This document shows, piece by piece, positions 41,491 through 61,120 of a stretch of DNA of 64,000 nucleotides. Positions within the stretch are counted from its first letter, which is position 1; every line of letters begins with the position of its first letter. The position numbers and the translations under genes were made by a program. The stretch is from the NCBI RefSeq assembly GCF_009914755.1, contig NC_060942.1; one strand, written 5' to 3'. Under the pieces are notes generated by a model, which worked only from the letters and a program-made list of their open reading frames with translations, was not told where the DNA came from and made no database searches. The DNA is from the human T2T-CHM13v2.0 reference genome, Homo sapiens.

Positions 41491-42669
41491 TGTTTGAGCA
41501 AATGGGTAGCGCAGTTTACTGAAGCAAGGAGCACAAAAGACAAGTCAGGTATTTTTCTCAGTAAAGTGAATGTGAAGAGCCATTTTCTTGAGTCATGGAC
41601 GGGAAAGTAACAAATCTCATATTCATGCAGAGTTATGAATCATGAGACTTCTAATGTAACACTTTTAAAAAAAAAACCTTCTTCGCAAGGGTAATTTGCA
41701 GTGCTTCTGAATAATTACATACAACATGTCAAGGGTTCTAATTACATATTTGGTCCTCGCAACAAGTCAATAATCTGCATTGCACATTTTATTCTGCAGG
41801 TTTTACAAATATCTTTACTTTTCCCTTGGGAAAACTGTATCTGAGGCAGGTTATTTTCCAGGCCCAAGACCACGCCTCCAAAAAACACAAAAATTTCAAA
41901 CCTTGAATGCAAAATCAAGTTCTCAGATATAAAATTATGTGCTTTTCAGTCTCCAATATTGCATTGCCTCTCAAAAGCAACTGTTAAAGACTACCCAACT
42001 ATTACATATTGTCTGATTCATTCAAACAGTTAAATGTTACTATTTAAAAACCATTTCTCACTGACATTAATCCAATATTTTAGTATCTTTCATTCCAAAA
42101 GCTTATATCCATTTTAATCTTTATACGAAAATATTAACTTTATCAATATTCAACAAAAATGTCTTAATTAGTACATTGTTTATATTAGCTATTACTGTTG
42201 TTCTCAGTAGAACAGAGGAGAAAAGATACATCTCAAAATGTTTCAAAAAATAGAGAAAATAATTACAAATTGTAGGACTCAGGGATAGAGTAGATAAAAT
42301 TGAGAGAGAACATACAAAAGTAAATATGAATTTGATATTTCAAAATAAATAAACAAGAGATGCCATTGACAAACACAAAAACTTAGAGGAGGGATTGGTT
42401 TGACAAGTGATGCATTTGATTTTATATGTGTAGAAATATTTGAAATCTGAAGTCACAGAGTAACATTAAATGGAAAGATGAGAAGAATTAAAAATATTCG
42501 CGTGAACTACACAAAGAGGAAAAAAAGTTTTTATTGAATGAGTCAACACGAGGTATTGTGCTAATTACTCCATTTTGTTTTATCCAATTATTTACACAAA
42601 AACCCTAGGGATAGTTAGTTCTACCCCATTTTCAAAAATAATAATAATGATGGTGATAATAGAAGCAGC

Positions 42670-42860
42670 ATTAATTACATATATAATATTCTAAGCATTG
42701 ATACTGATTAATTAATAACCCAAAGAGTCTTCAGAAACAGATTTGTTTTACCCATTTTACAGATGAGGAAACTGAGGCACAGAAATTTTAGTTCTTGCCC
42801 AAGATAACCCTATTACTGAAAGTCATAAGACTCAAATCCAGTTATAAAGCTTCAATGGGT
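42670..42860 (-). mobile_element. MIR
   Basis: cccattttacagatgaggaaactgaggcacaga...cttgcccaagat core. Confidence 0.85.
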
Positions 42861-42894
42861 TTAACTACCTTTAAAAATAAAAATTAAATATTTT

Positions 42895-47680
<4,786 letters not shown>

Positions 47681-47754
47681 CCTTTTTTATTATAAGGAAG
47701 TCAAAGTTTCCTAATGGTTTCCTAATTGGAAATATATAGGATATTTATATATAT

Positions 47755-48122
47755 TGTATTAGCCAATTTTCATTTTCATGCTGCAGATAAAAACATACCT
47801 GAGACTGGGCAATTTACAAAGGAAAGAGGTTTAATGGAGTCACTGTTCTACGTGGCTGGGAGGCCTCACAATCATGGTGGAAAGCGAAAGCCACATCTCA
47901 TGTGGCAGCAGATAAGACAGAATCAGAGAGCCAAGCAAAAGGGATTTCCCATTACAAAACCATCAGATATTGTGAGACTTATTCACTACCATGAGAACAA
48001 TATGGGGGAAAACACCCCTATGATTCAATTATCTCCCACTAGGTGCCTCCCACAACACGAGAGAATTATGGGAGCTACAATTCAAGATGAAATTTGGGTG
48101 GAGACACAGCCAAACCATATCA
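47755..48122 (-). mobile_element. THE1 (THE1B/C-like) MaLR solo LTR
   Basis: tgtattag...catacctgagactgggcaatttacaaaggaaagaggtttaat...gacacagccaaaccatatca; explains ORF 47726..48130. Confidence 0.93.
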
Positions 48123-49161
48123 TGCATTAAAATGTGAGAATTAAAAGCCAGTCTTTTTAGATGTAAATTCCTTGTTTTCTTCATTTCTTCATGCTTTCTC
48201 AAGAAAATAAGTTTAAACCCACAAAACAATATGTTATTTAAGGAGACAAATACTGAAATAAAATCCAGAATAATCAGGACAACCTACTGTGGACAGAGAA
48301 AAGGAACAGAAGGTCACTAAAAGAAAACAAAAAAAAAAATAACTAAAGATTAATGAGACATCCAAGAAAGTAGCATAAATAAAAATTGATGAAGAAAATT
48401 CACTGTAGAGAGAGTAAGTAGTTAACAATGCCAGTTGTCAGAGACAGTAATACATTTTAGGTTGGATATGTGAAAGATGTCTCTATATTATAAAGAAATA
48501 TAGATGTCTCTATATTATAAAGTTATATATTAAAAATTATATTAGGTCAAGGCTTAACAACACATTGAACTACACCATAAAATGTAAGAATTTTTCTCAC
48601 CAAAATTCTTCTCATCTCTGAATACTATTTTTAGAGAAATAAAGATATCGTTGACTTTTAAAGGTTTTTATAATTATTCGGATAACAAAAGAATCAGAAT
48701 TTAGAACACTTAATAAAGTCATCAAGGCTGTGTTTTCTGAACACGTCAAGTTGTTACTTTTTTTACCTACTGCAAATAGAATTATTATGTGTATTAATTT
48801 AATTACTGCTTTTAAGTCATTCTTATCATTTCCCTATTTTTAGAATAAAGACCTTTTACAAAACATTTTTCTTGTCTCTCAGCTCCTCCAAGATTATTAC
48901 CAAATGTATCATATTTTGTCATCAGTTAATTGACTGATAGAGGCATTGTCATCATAGAGCAGACAGGAGAGGGCAGAGCTTCCTGTCAGCACTGAGCTAT
49001 CATTAGTGCTTGCTCAAAATGCTGGGTCACAAAGATTTGTATGATCACCATTCAGTTCAGAAAGGAAAAGTTGCCATGATCAATTAGTACCATCAGCTGT
49101 GGTGGAAGAAGGAAAGGGTGGAGTCTATAGGTCATAAATTTACCATTCCAAGATTTTGTAC

Positions 49162-49558
49162 CACTATAGACTGAATGCTTGTATCCTCCCAAAATTCCTA
49201 TGTTGAAACCCCAATCCCTGTATGATGGCATTTGGACTTGGTGCCTTTGGAGGGTAATTAAGGTTTGATTGGGTCTTGAGAGAAGCACTTTTATAATGGG
49301 ATTAATGTCCTTGTAAAAGGAAGAAAAGATGTGAGATCTTTCTCTCTGTCTTCATGCTCATGCCAAGGAAACACCAAGCAAAAGACCTGAAGAAAGACAT
49401 CATCTGCAAACCAAGAAGAAAGTCCTCACCAGGCAGTGAACCAGATGGCATCTTGCTCTTAGACTCTGCAGCCTCCAGAACCATGAGACATAAATGTCTT
49501 TTATTTAAGCCACCCAGTCTGCGGTGTCCTGTTATAGCAACTGCAGCTGACTATGACA
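49162..49558 (+). mobile_element. MLT1A-like MaLR solo LTR
   Basis: ctatagactgaatgcttgtatcctcccaaaattc...cagcctccagaaccatgagacataaat...gctgactatgaca. Confidence 0.88.
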
Positions 49559-49957
49559 AGTTACTTAGGACTAAAATTTGTATAACAAGAGTTTCCTCCC
49601 AGGTCCAGCAGTAGGATTCTTCACTATGAAATGGGATATAGCAGGGAAGGCTTTGTGAACTTAGCTAAGTGAGTACTGGCTGCACACTTGACCTACCCCA
49701 TAATCACAGTGGAGTTGAGTGAGTGCTCTGGTCAATAAACTTATGAGAAATTAGAAAATTCTTAGAGCATTCATGTATAACTAGAAGCAGTGAGCCTTCC
49801 AAAAAGTGTGGGATTCCTGATGCAGATGTGGAAACCTCCAGTGCATTTGGAGGTTTGCATTTGCAGAGATGCAGAATATGGAAGAGATAAGAAAATAACC
49901 TTAAGTATCTTCCACATTCATAAAATAAAGTTAAATCTAAAGAATGGTGATAAAAAC

Positions 49958-50390
49958 TCAGAAAGACAAATATTGAATGATCTTACTCATATGCAGGAGC
50001 TGAAAAGCAAGTTGATCTCATGGAGTAGAGAGTAGAATGGTAGATACTAAAGGGCTGGGAAGAGTGTGGGTGGGCATATGTTGCAGGGTGGGGACCAAGA
50101 GAGGTTGCTTAATGGGTACAAATATGCAATTAGATAGAACTCACCCATTCTAATGTTCAATAACAGAATAAGCTATCTGTAGTTAACAACAATGTATTTC
50201 CTATTTCAAAAAAGTTAGAAGAGAGGGCTTGAAGTATTCTCAAAACATAAATGATTTAAATACTCAAGGTCGTGTATATCTCAAATAGACTGACTTGATC
50301 ATTACACATTATATGCATGTCATGAAATATCATGAGTATCCATAAATAGTCACAATAATATGTGTTAATACAAATAAATGTAAAAATGAA
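49958..50390 (+). mobile_element. L1MA-like 3' end
   Basis: cagaaagacaaatattgaatgatctt, gagagtagaatggtagatac, gacttgatcattacacatt. Confidence 0.85.
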
Positions 50391-51080
50391 TAATTAAAAA
50401 ATAGTGATACAAACTAATAATAATTATGACAATAATTAATAAAATTTTAATACTATGTAATTGAATTAAAACTTTTACATGTATCTGTTCCTTCATTCAA
50501 TTGACAGTTATTTCATCTTTCTTATATGCCCAGCACTAGTACAGACATTGATTATCCAGTGGTGAGAAGAAATCAACATGGTTTATCCTCTAAAATAATT
50601 TAGAACCAATAATATTATTTATTTTTTCTTATGACCTTGAGAGAAATTGGTAGTATAATTAACCTTATACCTACATACAAAGTATGAAGTAATTGAGGCT
50701 TAGACAGATAACATGATGTGTCCAAGGCTCCTCACCTACTAAATGCTATTGCCAGAATTAGTTTAATAAACTCAGGCCAATTGAGAGTCAGATGCCTTCT
50801 TTTAATTACTAAATGATATATAAATAAGTAAAAAAAAAAACTTTAAGTTACCATGTCATAACTGTTAAAAGCAATAGGAAGAATAATATAATAAATGTAA
50901 TCATGTTTACTGGTTAAGATGTGGGCTCAGTTTGAAGAAACTAATTAGAACTCTGGTCTCAGTTCTCAGAATAGCATTAATTGAAAGTGGAAGAATATTT
51001 TCTTTTATCTATTCCAGTAAAGCACGCTGCTACCTGTCTGGTTAGATACAAAGTTGAGAGAGGGAAGGGTCTCAATCCAG

Positions 51081-51370
51081 TTTTGTTTTATTTTGAGAAA
51101 GAGTCTTGTTCTGTATCTCAGACTGGAGTGTAGGGATAATCATAGTTCACTAGCCTTGACCTCCAGGGATCAAGCAATCCTCGCACCTCAGCCTCCTGAA
51201 TAGCTGGGGCTACACACATACACCACCTTCCCTAGCTAATTTTTTATTTTAATAGCAATAGAGTCTCCCTATGTTGCCCAGGCTGGTCTTGAATTTCTGG
51301 GTTCAAGGGATCCTCCCAACTAAGCCTCCCAAAGTGTTGGGATTACAGACACGAGCCACTGTGCCTAGTC
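51081..51370 (-). mobile_element. AluJ-like SINE
   Basis: gccttgacctccagggatcaagcaatcctc, ctatgttgcccaggctggtcttgaa. Confidence 0.92.
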
Positions 51371-51859
51371 CAGATTTATTTTTTAGGAAATGACTTCAGA
51401 TCTCTGTAATGTTTCAAAATTGAATGGTTATGTCCTTCTCCCTTAACTCCAACACACAGAAAAAGAAGGTGGTATGGTTTGAATAAAGAATGAGAAATAT
51501 GATGAAAAGCTGGGAACAAGAATGCCTTCTGATGGGGAATGGCTGGCGCATTCTTAGGACCATGAAGATAAGCAGTAAATTAAGTAATGTTTCCTAGATA
51601 GAGCTGCAAATGCTGTGGGACAGTCCTCAGTTCCTCCTAAGTGACAGTTCTGTGACTCTGGTCTTTATGGAAAGGAAAGGAAGCAGAGTGATGTCTACAG
51701 TGGGAAGAGAGGATGGCAAGAGAAGAGGGCATACGATATGACTGCATGGCTTGGGACAGGCTGCAGTACAGCAGGAGACCACTTCATCAATGCAGCCGTG
51801 AGAGACACAAGCCTCCTGTGAATAACTGCAAACATTGGGTTGTTCCCAGTGCCAGAAAC

Positions 51860-52896
<1,037 letters not shown>

Positions 52897-53482
52897 ACTT
52901 GACTGACATTTTTATCTCTCCAACTCAAGTTACACTCTATTATTGGAATTTAGAAAGAGACTCACTTATAATTGCAGGGCCAGGTCATGGTTTCTATTCA
53001 GAAGAGAAGCCAGCACACACCAACTACTCAATATCATAATTAGTTAGGAGCTTTGAGAATTTCTTCTAGAAATATTGTCCTTTCTGAGACAAAGTTTGGA
53101 CTTTGGGAAACACAATGCCATGTGTTAGTCCTTCCCCTTGGTCTGGGACATTAGCGGTCACTTGGAGAAATCTCTCCTGACTGCCTCATTTATCAAAAGT
53201 AACAACTCCTCTCAATGTAACCTTCTATTACTCATCTCAGGATCAGGTTTGTGTACTTCCTTATTCTTGACACAAAATGCAGAAAATTAGCTTGCCTGGA
53301 ATGAGTGTTTGTAATTAATATGTATTTATACCTCCACTATTATTCAACTACAGTGTGGCCTAGGGACTCTTGGAGGTCCTGAAGACCATTTCCATAGACC
53401 TATTAATACAAGGTTATAATTACCTTCAGATAAATATTAAGATATAAGTTTCCCTTTTCACTCACATTCTCCAATAAAAATA

Positions 53483-54450
53483 ATCAGGGATCCTTGGAGA
53501 AATACTTGGTTCTAAAGACTGGGTCAAGAAACACACACATACACATATTGATGGAAGAATGTCAAAGCAGCACAGGATCCAACCGTAAAAGCTTCCAACG
53601 GGCAAAACTGGAACAATTTGATAGTACAATAAATAAAATAATAGTGGTATCTTTACTCAAAGTATAAAATAAAATATCCATTAGTCCAAACTAATAGAAA
53701 TAAATACTTGAATAAACTAATAAATGGGAGATAAAAGACAAATCTCCCTTGTAGAAGAATTCCAAATAATTCATGTAGGTATTCTGTCCTCAAGGAGGGA
53801 GATTAAATGAATGCCCAACTTTAAAGTATGGGCTTCACATAGTGACTTATTTCCAAACAGTGTTATACTAAAAGGGCAACAAAAAGGGTAACTTTAGATT
53901 AGAGATGACAAACATTACTTCAGCCAAGTCATCAGGTCAGTGTCAACAGTGATAAGCCATGTCAATAATATTTGATTTGATGTGAATAAAATTTCACTTT
54001 ACCGCTGTGGTCTGCCTCCACCAAACCTGTAACTCCAATAGAATTGTAGGGAAAAAAAATAAAACACCAGGCAGATTCCAATAGAGCAGCGTTCTACAAA
54101 GTACCCGTCTGAAACTCATTAGGACTGTCAATGTTGCAAAAAACAGGGAAAGACAGAGAAACTATCACAGCCAACAGGAATCTAATCACACATGATGCTG
54201 AAGTGTAATGCATCCTGGATGGGATTCCAGAACACAAAACAACATCAAGCACAATCTGTGGGAATGTGAATAAATTATGGATTTTAGTTAATAATGTATC
54301 TATATAGGTTGGTTACTTGCAACAAATATAACATAGCAAATTAAATATTAATATGAGGTAAAATGAGTGGCAATGTATATGGGGTACTCTGCAGTATCTT
54401 CACAAAAATTTCTGCAAATCTAAACTACTCTGAAAAGCAGTCTTAAAAAA
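53483..54450 (+). mobile_element. L1MC3/L1MD-like 3' UTR
   Basis: atcagggatccttggagaaat, cacatagtgacttatttccaaa, caacagtgataagccatgt, tcctggatgggatt, ctgcaaatctaaaactactct. Confidence 0.85.
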
Positions 54451-54544
54451 TACTTGCCACAGAAATATGAATAAGAGAAGTACTAGCATAAATGATATAT
54501 CCAAGACCATAAATATCTATTAATTTATGAATCTTCAACTATTT

Positions 54545-54770
54545 AACACTTTTATAGTACTTACTACATTTCAGTAACAGTCCCAAGTACTTCACGATAT
54601 TAAACAATTTTCTCCTTATAGCAACCATAAGAGGTAATTATTACTATTATTTTTACTTTGCAGATAAGGAAATAGTCACAGTGATGTTAATTATTATAAA
54701 AGGTCACAAAGCAAGTAACGTTTGAACAAAGATTTGTCTTCAGTCATTCTGCCTCCAAAGACAACGCTTA
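54545..54770 (-). mobile_element. MIR
   Basis: actttgcagataaggaaata...aaggtcacaaagcaagtaa. Confidence 0.75.
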
Positions 54771-56426
54771 GCCATTTTTAATGCTGTGATAATTTCACAA
54801 ATAAAGTGGAAAAAGACAGGAAAGAGAGGAAGATAATGATATTCCCATATTTGCCTAACTGTCTTTTAACTTTCCCATCCCTTTGACTTCTACTAGTCTC
54901 AGAAAAGGAAAGTCAGCTAAATGAGAAGGAAAAGTAAAAAAAATCGATAGTTAACTTAGCTCTCTCACGTACTCACCTTCCTGAAGGTCTGAAAGCAAAT
55001 TTAGGAGCATTTAGAAACATTTTTTGTTTGGGGGTAACTTTCTACTTTGGTGGTAACCATTACAGTCTTATTCCATCTGAGTAAATACTGATTGAAAATA
55101 AGGACATTTCCCCCACCCCCGAGTTTCTGGAAGTATGTTCTTAAGCCCTGGCTTTATTTACCTATAGGGTAGAAGAGATTTGGGAGGAGAGAGAGGGAGA
55201 GGACAAATGAGCAGAGGTACAACTCCATGTGAGCTGTGAACTCTAACCTCTGAACGTTTCACTTGATTGGACCATGTATTTGCTGCTTTCTTAAGTATGG
55301 AATGTGACACGGTGGGGAACAGGAAGAATCCTGAGTTATTCCGAGGTATCAGTGATTATAAATAAATCAGCAGTAGTTAGCAGAAATTATACTATGCTGA
55401 TCGTCAAGGCACTGAGTTCACTGAGTTGCTGGATCAGTGTATCGGTAGATTCGGAAGTTTCAATGTTGGTAGATCAAGAAGTTTCCATGTTGGTTCAAAG
55501 TTATGGCTGTAGCAGTAACATTTAACTGGGGATCTATATAAGTCAAGGTGAGAGCATCATAATTTATAGGGTGACACAATTAAAATTCATCCACAACTGC
55601 AATCTATTAGCATATGTGCGTCTTTAAAACAAATTATAGAGATGCATAAGAAAGTGCTATAATCCCTGTCCCCAACTTCCTCCAAAGTCTTTAGAGCACA
55701 CAATAGCTGTTGCATGACACATTATTGCAAAACTTACCACACAGATTTTGTGAGTCACTAAGATGTTTATTAAATACTACACTTTATGCAGGGTTTTAGG
55801 TTCAATTTTTTTTTCCAGAGCTCCAGTTCTGCTCTAAGATTTGTCTTTTCCAATACTACAATGAAATTTTTTTAAAAACCTTTTTTCAATGGATTCCTAT
55901 TCATCACAAGTCCCAAATAAAAGAAGTAATATTGCCCTAATGTCTGCCATAATTGCTAGCTGATTTTCAGGGTGTTGGAAAGCCTGAGGTGTCTCGTTGG
56001 CTGCTGTTTTAGAGAGTCACAGATCTCTGGAGGATGTGATCTAATGAACTTTACTGGGGTAAATTGTCAAGCACTCATCTGTCCTTTTGCCTTTGACCAT
56101 TGTTTAACCTACTTCAATTTTCACAGAAATGAAATAAATTTTCGTCAAAGCAGCTAAATATTTAAGGTCAGGAAGATTGCAGAGAACTCAGAACAGTGAT
56201 TTTTATCTCAGTACTTACATTGAAATATAAGAAATAATGTAATCTGTAGGACATAATATATGTTTAAATTGAAATACGGTGACATAGATTAGCTCAACCA
56301 ACACTTTTCTTACACTAAATCTCAGAATAAGGTATATTTGCATATAGAATTTTTGTTTAATTTCAATACGTGTTTCATCTTAAAAGTTATACTAATGCAA
56401 TTTATTTTGTAAATGGTGTTTGAACT

Positions 56427-56726
56427 CTTTTATTTTATTTTTTTTGAGACGGAGTCTCACTCTGTCACCCAGGCTGGGGTGCAGTGGCATGATCTCAGCT
56501 CACTGCAACTCCGCCTCCTGGGTTCATGCCATTCTCCTGTCTCAGCCTCCTGAGCAGCTGGGACTACAGGCGCCCGCCACTATGCTCGGCTAATTTTTTG
56601 TATTTTTTGGTAGAGACAGGGTTTCACCGTGTTAGCCAGGATGGTCTCGATCTCCTGACCTCGTGATCTGCCCGCCTCAGCCTCCCAGGGTGCTGGGATT
56701 ACAGCTGTGAGCCACCGCGCCCAGCC
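56427..56726 (-). mobile_element. AluY-like SINE
   Basis: gggttcatgccattctcc, ccgtgttagccaggatggtctcgatc; TSD tgaactctt. Confidence 0.97.
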
Positions 56727-56948
56727 GTGAACTCTTGTTAAAATGTCACCATTCTTTTTCAATACTAAAATGCATATCAGGATTTGGGGCACTATTTCTG
56801 AGATATAAATATGACTTTGGTACATTGTTCACCTCGAGTTCACTGTGTGTGCATGTGTATATTTAACGAGACTCCGTTATGTTTACAGTGTTCAGTACTA
56901 TGAGTGGCTTATTCCAGGGACTTAGATTACTCTTAGAGAGTCAGAGGT

Positions 56949-57342
56949 TGATATGGTTTGACTCTATGTCCCCACCCAAATTTCACCTTGAATTGTAATC
57001 CTAGTGTTGGAGGTAATGCCTGGTGGGAGGTGATTTGATCATGGGGGGTGGTTTTTAATGGTTTAGCACCCTAGTGCTGTCTCATGATAGAGTTCTCAGG
57101 AGATCTGGTTGTTTGAAAGTGTGTGGCACCTTCCCCTTCACTCCCTCACTTCCTGCTCCTCCACCACGTGAAGAAAGTGCTTGCTTCCTCTTTGCCCTCT
57201 GCCATAATTGGACGTTTCCTGAGGCCTTTCCAACCATGTTTCCTGTACAGCCTGTGGAACTGGAAGTCAATTACAACTATTTTCTTCATAAATTACCCAG
57301 TCTCAGGTAGTTCCTTCTAGCAGTGTGAGAATGGACTATACA
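56949..57342 (+). mobile_element. MSTA-like MaLR solo LTR
   Basis: tgatatggtttg...cccacccaaat...aaattacccagtctcaggtag...ggactataca; 5-bp TSD gaggt/aaggt. Confidence 0.93.
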
Positions 57343-58114
57343 AAGGTTTCTTAAAATGACAAGTTTAGTGAATTATGAAAAAATCATAAAGTAAAAATCG
57401 TCATCTCCTAGAATCTTTTGTCAGAGATCATTAAATGCTGTAAAATGCCAAAATAATCTGCAGTCTGCTAAAAAGTCCTCAGATCTACAAAACCTAAATA
57501 AAGACTTGCAGGGATGCAATTTCAAGAGAAACTGAAAAGCCCTTGGCTTGATAGAGTTCTGCAGCGACAGTATACTAGCATGGGGGAAAACAGCTACTAT
57601 GTTGACAGTAATCTAACAATATGGAAGATTTAGGTTTTTCTAGAGAGATATGCTATCTTGTTTTATGCCTTTTTACAAAAAACAGAAATATTTTAAGACT
57701 GAATTCAATATTGCCATGCCTTAATTTTTGGCTTTTGCCTGCATTTACCAAAAATATCTCACAGGTAAGTTTTCTTACTTGAAGTGAACATTTTTATTAG
57801 TATTTTCTCCAAATATACTTATCTTTAAGCCTGCAGCCCACTTCAGTGTAACTCTACAATTACAGTCCTCTTATGTTTGCCTGATAGTGAGAATATATTC
57901 ACAAATTTAAGCTGGTTCCAGTCGGTTGAATAGAAATATAATTTTAATGTGGAATATGGCTTTTGAGGGGTGGCTGTTGTAGGGGAACTTTTGGTATGAG
58001 ATTGGAAGAAAATTCTGCTTCCTAATTAATTGAGGCTGTTTATGAGACAGTGAGCTCTGAACGCCATGAGATAGACAACTCCCAAAAAAGGTTTTCACAA
58101 AATCCACCCCCCCT

Positions 58115-58275
58115 ATTTTTGGAAACAGAGCTGCCCAGGCTGGAGTTCAGTGGCACGATCTCGGGTCACTGCAACCTCCGCCTCCCAGGTTCAAGCAATT
58201 CTCCTGCCTCAGCCTCTTGAGTAGCTCGGCCTCCCAAGGTGCTGGGATTACAGGCATGAGCCACCGCGCCCGGCC
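58115..58275 (-). mobile_element. Internally deleted Alu (monomer length)
   Basis: Right-arm sequence ...gagtagct joins directly to left-arm cggcctcccaaggtgctggg. Confidence 0.9.
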
Positions 58276-58429
58276 TTCCCATTTTTTTTTTTCTATTGAA
58301 GTAATATTAAGGAGTAATAAACCATTAAGTACATTATTTCTTCAGCCCTCTGAGATTCTCTGAAATATTTCAAAAGTGAAACAAACAGAAACTCCCCAAA
58401 ATCTTCCACCAACCTTATCTTAAGAAGTA

Positions 58430-58508
58430 TTAGGTTGGCGCAAAAGTAATTGTAGTTTTGCCATTAAAAGTAATGACAAAAATAGCAATTATGTTTGCAA
58501 CAACCCAA
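58430..58508. mobile_element. MADE1 MITE (Hsmar1/mariner-derived)
   Basis: ttaggttggcgcaaaagtaattg...caattatgtttgcaacaacccaa, an imperfect palindrome of about 80 bp flanked by TA. Confidence 0.93.
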
Positions 58509-58665
58509 TATATTTTGAAAAAGCACAACCCCATCTACAGTTAAACTCTATGTATCCAAGAGTCAGCATTCTCCTTAGAGACAAGATAACCAGTATCCTT
58601 TTTAAAACATTTTGTACTGGAAGTGTTTTTTCCAATTCCAATAATTCCAGTCTGTTTTGGGGCCT

Positions 58666-59130
58666 GAGTATTAGTCATGGTTCTCTAGAGGGACAGAACT
58701 AATGAAATACATATAATTATATATTAAATTATTTATTATATAATATAAAATATATTTATTGTTAAAATAAGTTAAATTATATAAACTAAATTAATTAAAT
58801 TATATAAACTATATTAAATTATATAAAATATATAATATATTAAAATTTATTATATAATAATATAAAAATTATTAAATTTATTATATATACACAAATAAAG
58901 GGGAGTTTATTAAGTATTAACTCACATGATCACAAAGTCCCACAATAGGCCATCTACAGGCTGAGGAGCAAGGAGAGCCAGTCCGAGTTCCAAAACTGAA
59001 GAACTTGGAGTCCGATGTTCGAGGGCAGGAAGCATTGAGCATGGGAGAAAGACGTAGGCTGGGAGGCTAGGCCAGTCTCTCTTTTCATATGTTTCTGCCT
59101 GCTTATATTTGAGCCGCTCTGGCAGCTGGG
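58666..59130 (-). mobile_element. MLT2A-like ERVL LTR, truncated, with an expanded AT-rich tract (58712-58888)
   Basis: ggttctctagagggacagaactaat; aaaggggagtttattaagtattaactcacatgatcaca; gaagaacttggagtccgatgttcgagggcagg. Confidence 0.92.
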
Positions 59131-59731
59131 TAGCATACTAAAACCAAAAGAGGATAACATGCATTCCTATGGTTATTATCAAAGTTATTTTTCATTATTT
59201 TCATTTCATTATATTTTCAGCATTATGTAGAAAATATCTACAAACATTTGGGGAGTGCCAATTATAAATGTTTTTCAAATTTTCTAAAGCTTTTTATGTT
59301 TTCAGATATAATATTTAGATAATAAATACAATTTCATTTCCCTTAATTGAATACCATTACTGTAACAGAAATATTTTGTTTGAGGATTTAATTTAGATGG
59401 ATTTAATTATTTAAAGCTGTAGAGATTTTCACATAAACAAACTTGAAAGGATTTTAAATTGCAACAGTATGCATAAATGATATATAATGGAAGCCTGGTT
59501 CTACAGCTACAGAAGAGATACACAGTATTTAAAATAACATTAGATTAAATAAATTATGTTTTTGTATTATAATTGCTTAAAAATAATAGTATGAATTTGA
59601 AATAATAATATATGGTTTTCCCCTGAGTCATATTGATTAAGTCATTTATTATTTTTCACTGTCCCTAGTGCCTTATCTGAAATGATAATAAACCACATAA
59701 TGTATACTTTCCATCCAAAATTTATGATGTC

Positions 59732-60232
59732 AACTTTTTATTTTGAAATGATTCTAGATTTACAGAAAGTTTCAAAGGTAGTAAAGAGAGGTCCTGCATA
59801 CCCTTGACAAAATTTGCCCCAAATGATTACATCTGGCATAATTATGGTATCAAACCAGAAACCTTACAAAGTTACAATACGTGAGAATAGTTGTATACCA
59901 CTTATCACGTGTACATTTGTGTTGCTACCACACTGTCAAGATGAAGAGCTATATCATTACCCTCAGGATCTTCCTGCTGCCACCATTCACATCACACCCT
60001 CCTCCTTTGCACGATACCGACACTAGCAACAGCAAATGTATTTACCATGTTTATAGTTAGGTTATTTTGAGAATGTTATATAAATGGAATCATACAGAAT
60101 ATGACCTTTTGAGATTGACATTTTTCACTCAGTATATTGCCTTAGAGGTCTATCCAAGTTGTTGTGTATCAATAGTTTATTAAGTTTATTCCCTTTTATT
60201 GTTAAGTAGTACTCAATGGTATGTATGGGCCA
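59732..60232 (-). mobile_element. L1MC4-like 3' region
   Basis: aactttttattttgaaatgattctagatttacagaaag, gaatgttatataaatggaatcatacag. Confidence 0.8.
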
Positions 60233-60298
60233 CATTAAAAGAATGGGAAAACTGCATATATAAAAATATATAAAACAATGTGATATTATGAAAGGGAG

Positions 60299-60510
60299 GG
60301 CTGGGCATGGTGGCTCATGCCTGTAGTCCCAGCACACTGCGAGGCTGAGGTGAGAAGATTACTTGAGCCTAGGAGTTCAATACCTGCCTGGGAAACACAG
60401 TAAAATCCCCTCTCTACTAAAAATAAAAAATAAAAATAAATAAAAATAAAGTCAGCATGGTTGTGTGTGCTTGTAGTCCCAGCTACTTGGGAGGCTGAGG
60501 TGGGAGGATA
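60299..60510 (+). mobile_element. AluJ-like SINE, 3'-truncated
   Basis: cttgagcctaggagttcaa; expanded middle A-linker; stops at gaggtgggaggat. Confidence 0.9.
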
Positions 60511-60615
60511 TTTTTTCTAATTTTAATGCCTTTGTCAATATATTTAACTATATTTAAAACTTAATATGAAATACAAATCATAAACAGTATGCTAAGAAAG
60601 CATGTATTAAATAGG

Positions 60616-61120
<505 letters not shown>

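Noticed and set aside
48475-48528. 27-bp tandem duplication; similar small duplications at 5231, 16970, 18749, 39406 and 47706
   Set aside because: Common micro-duplications in AT-rich DNA with no further structure.
55444-55494. 24-bp tandem pair (VDSEVSML VDQEVSML in ORF 55304..55525)
   Set aside because: Only two diverged units, consistent with an ordinary slippage duplication.
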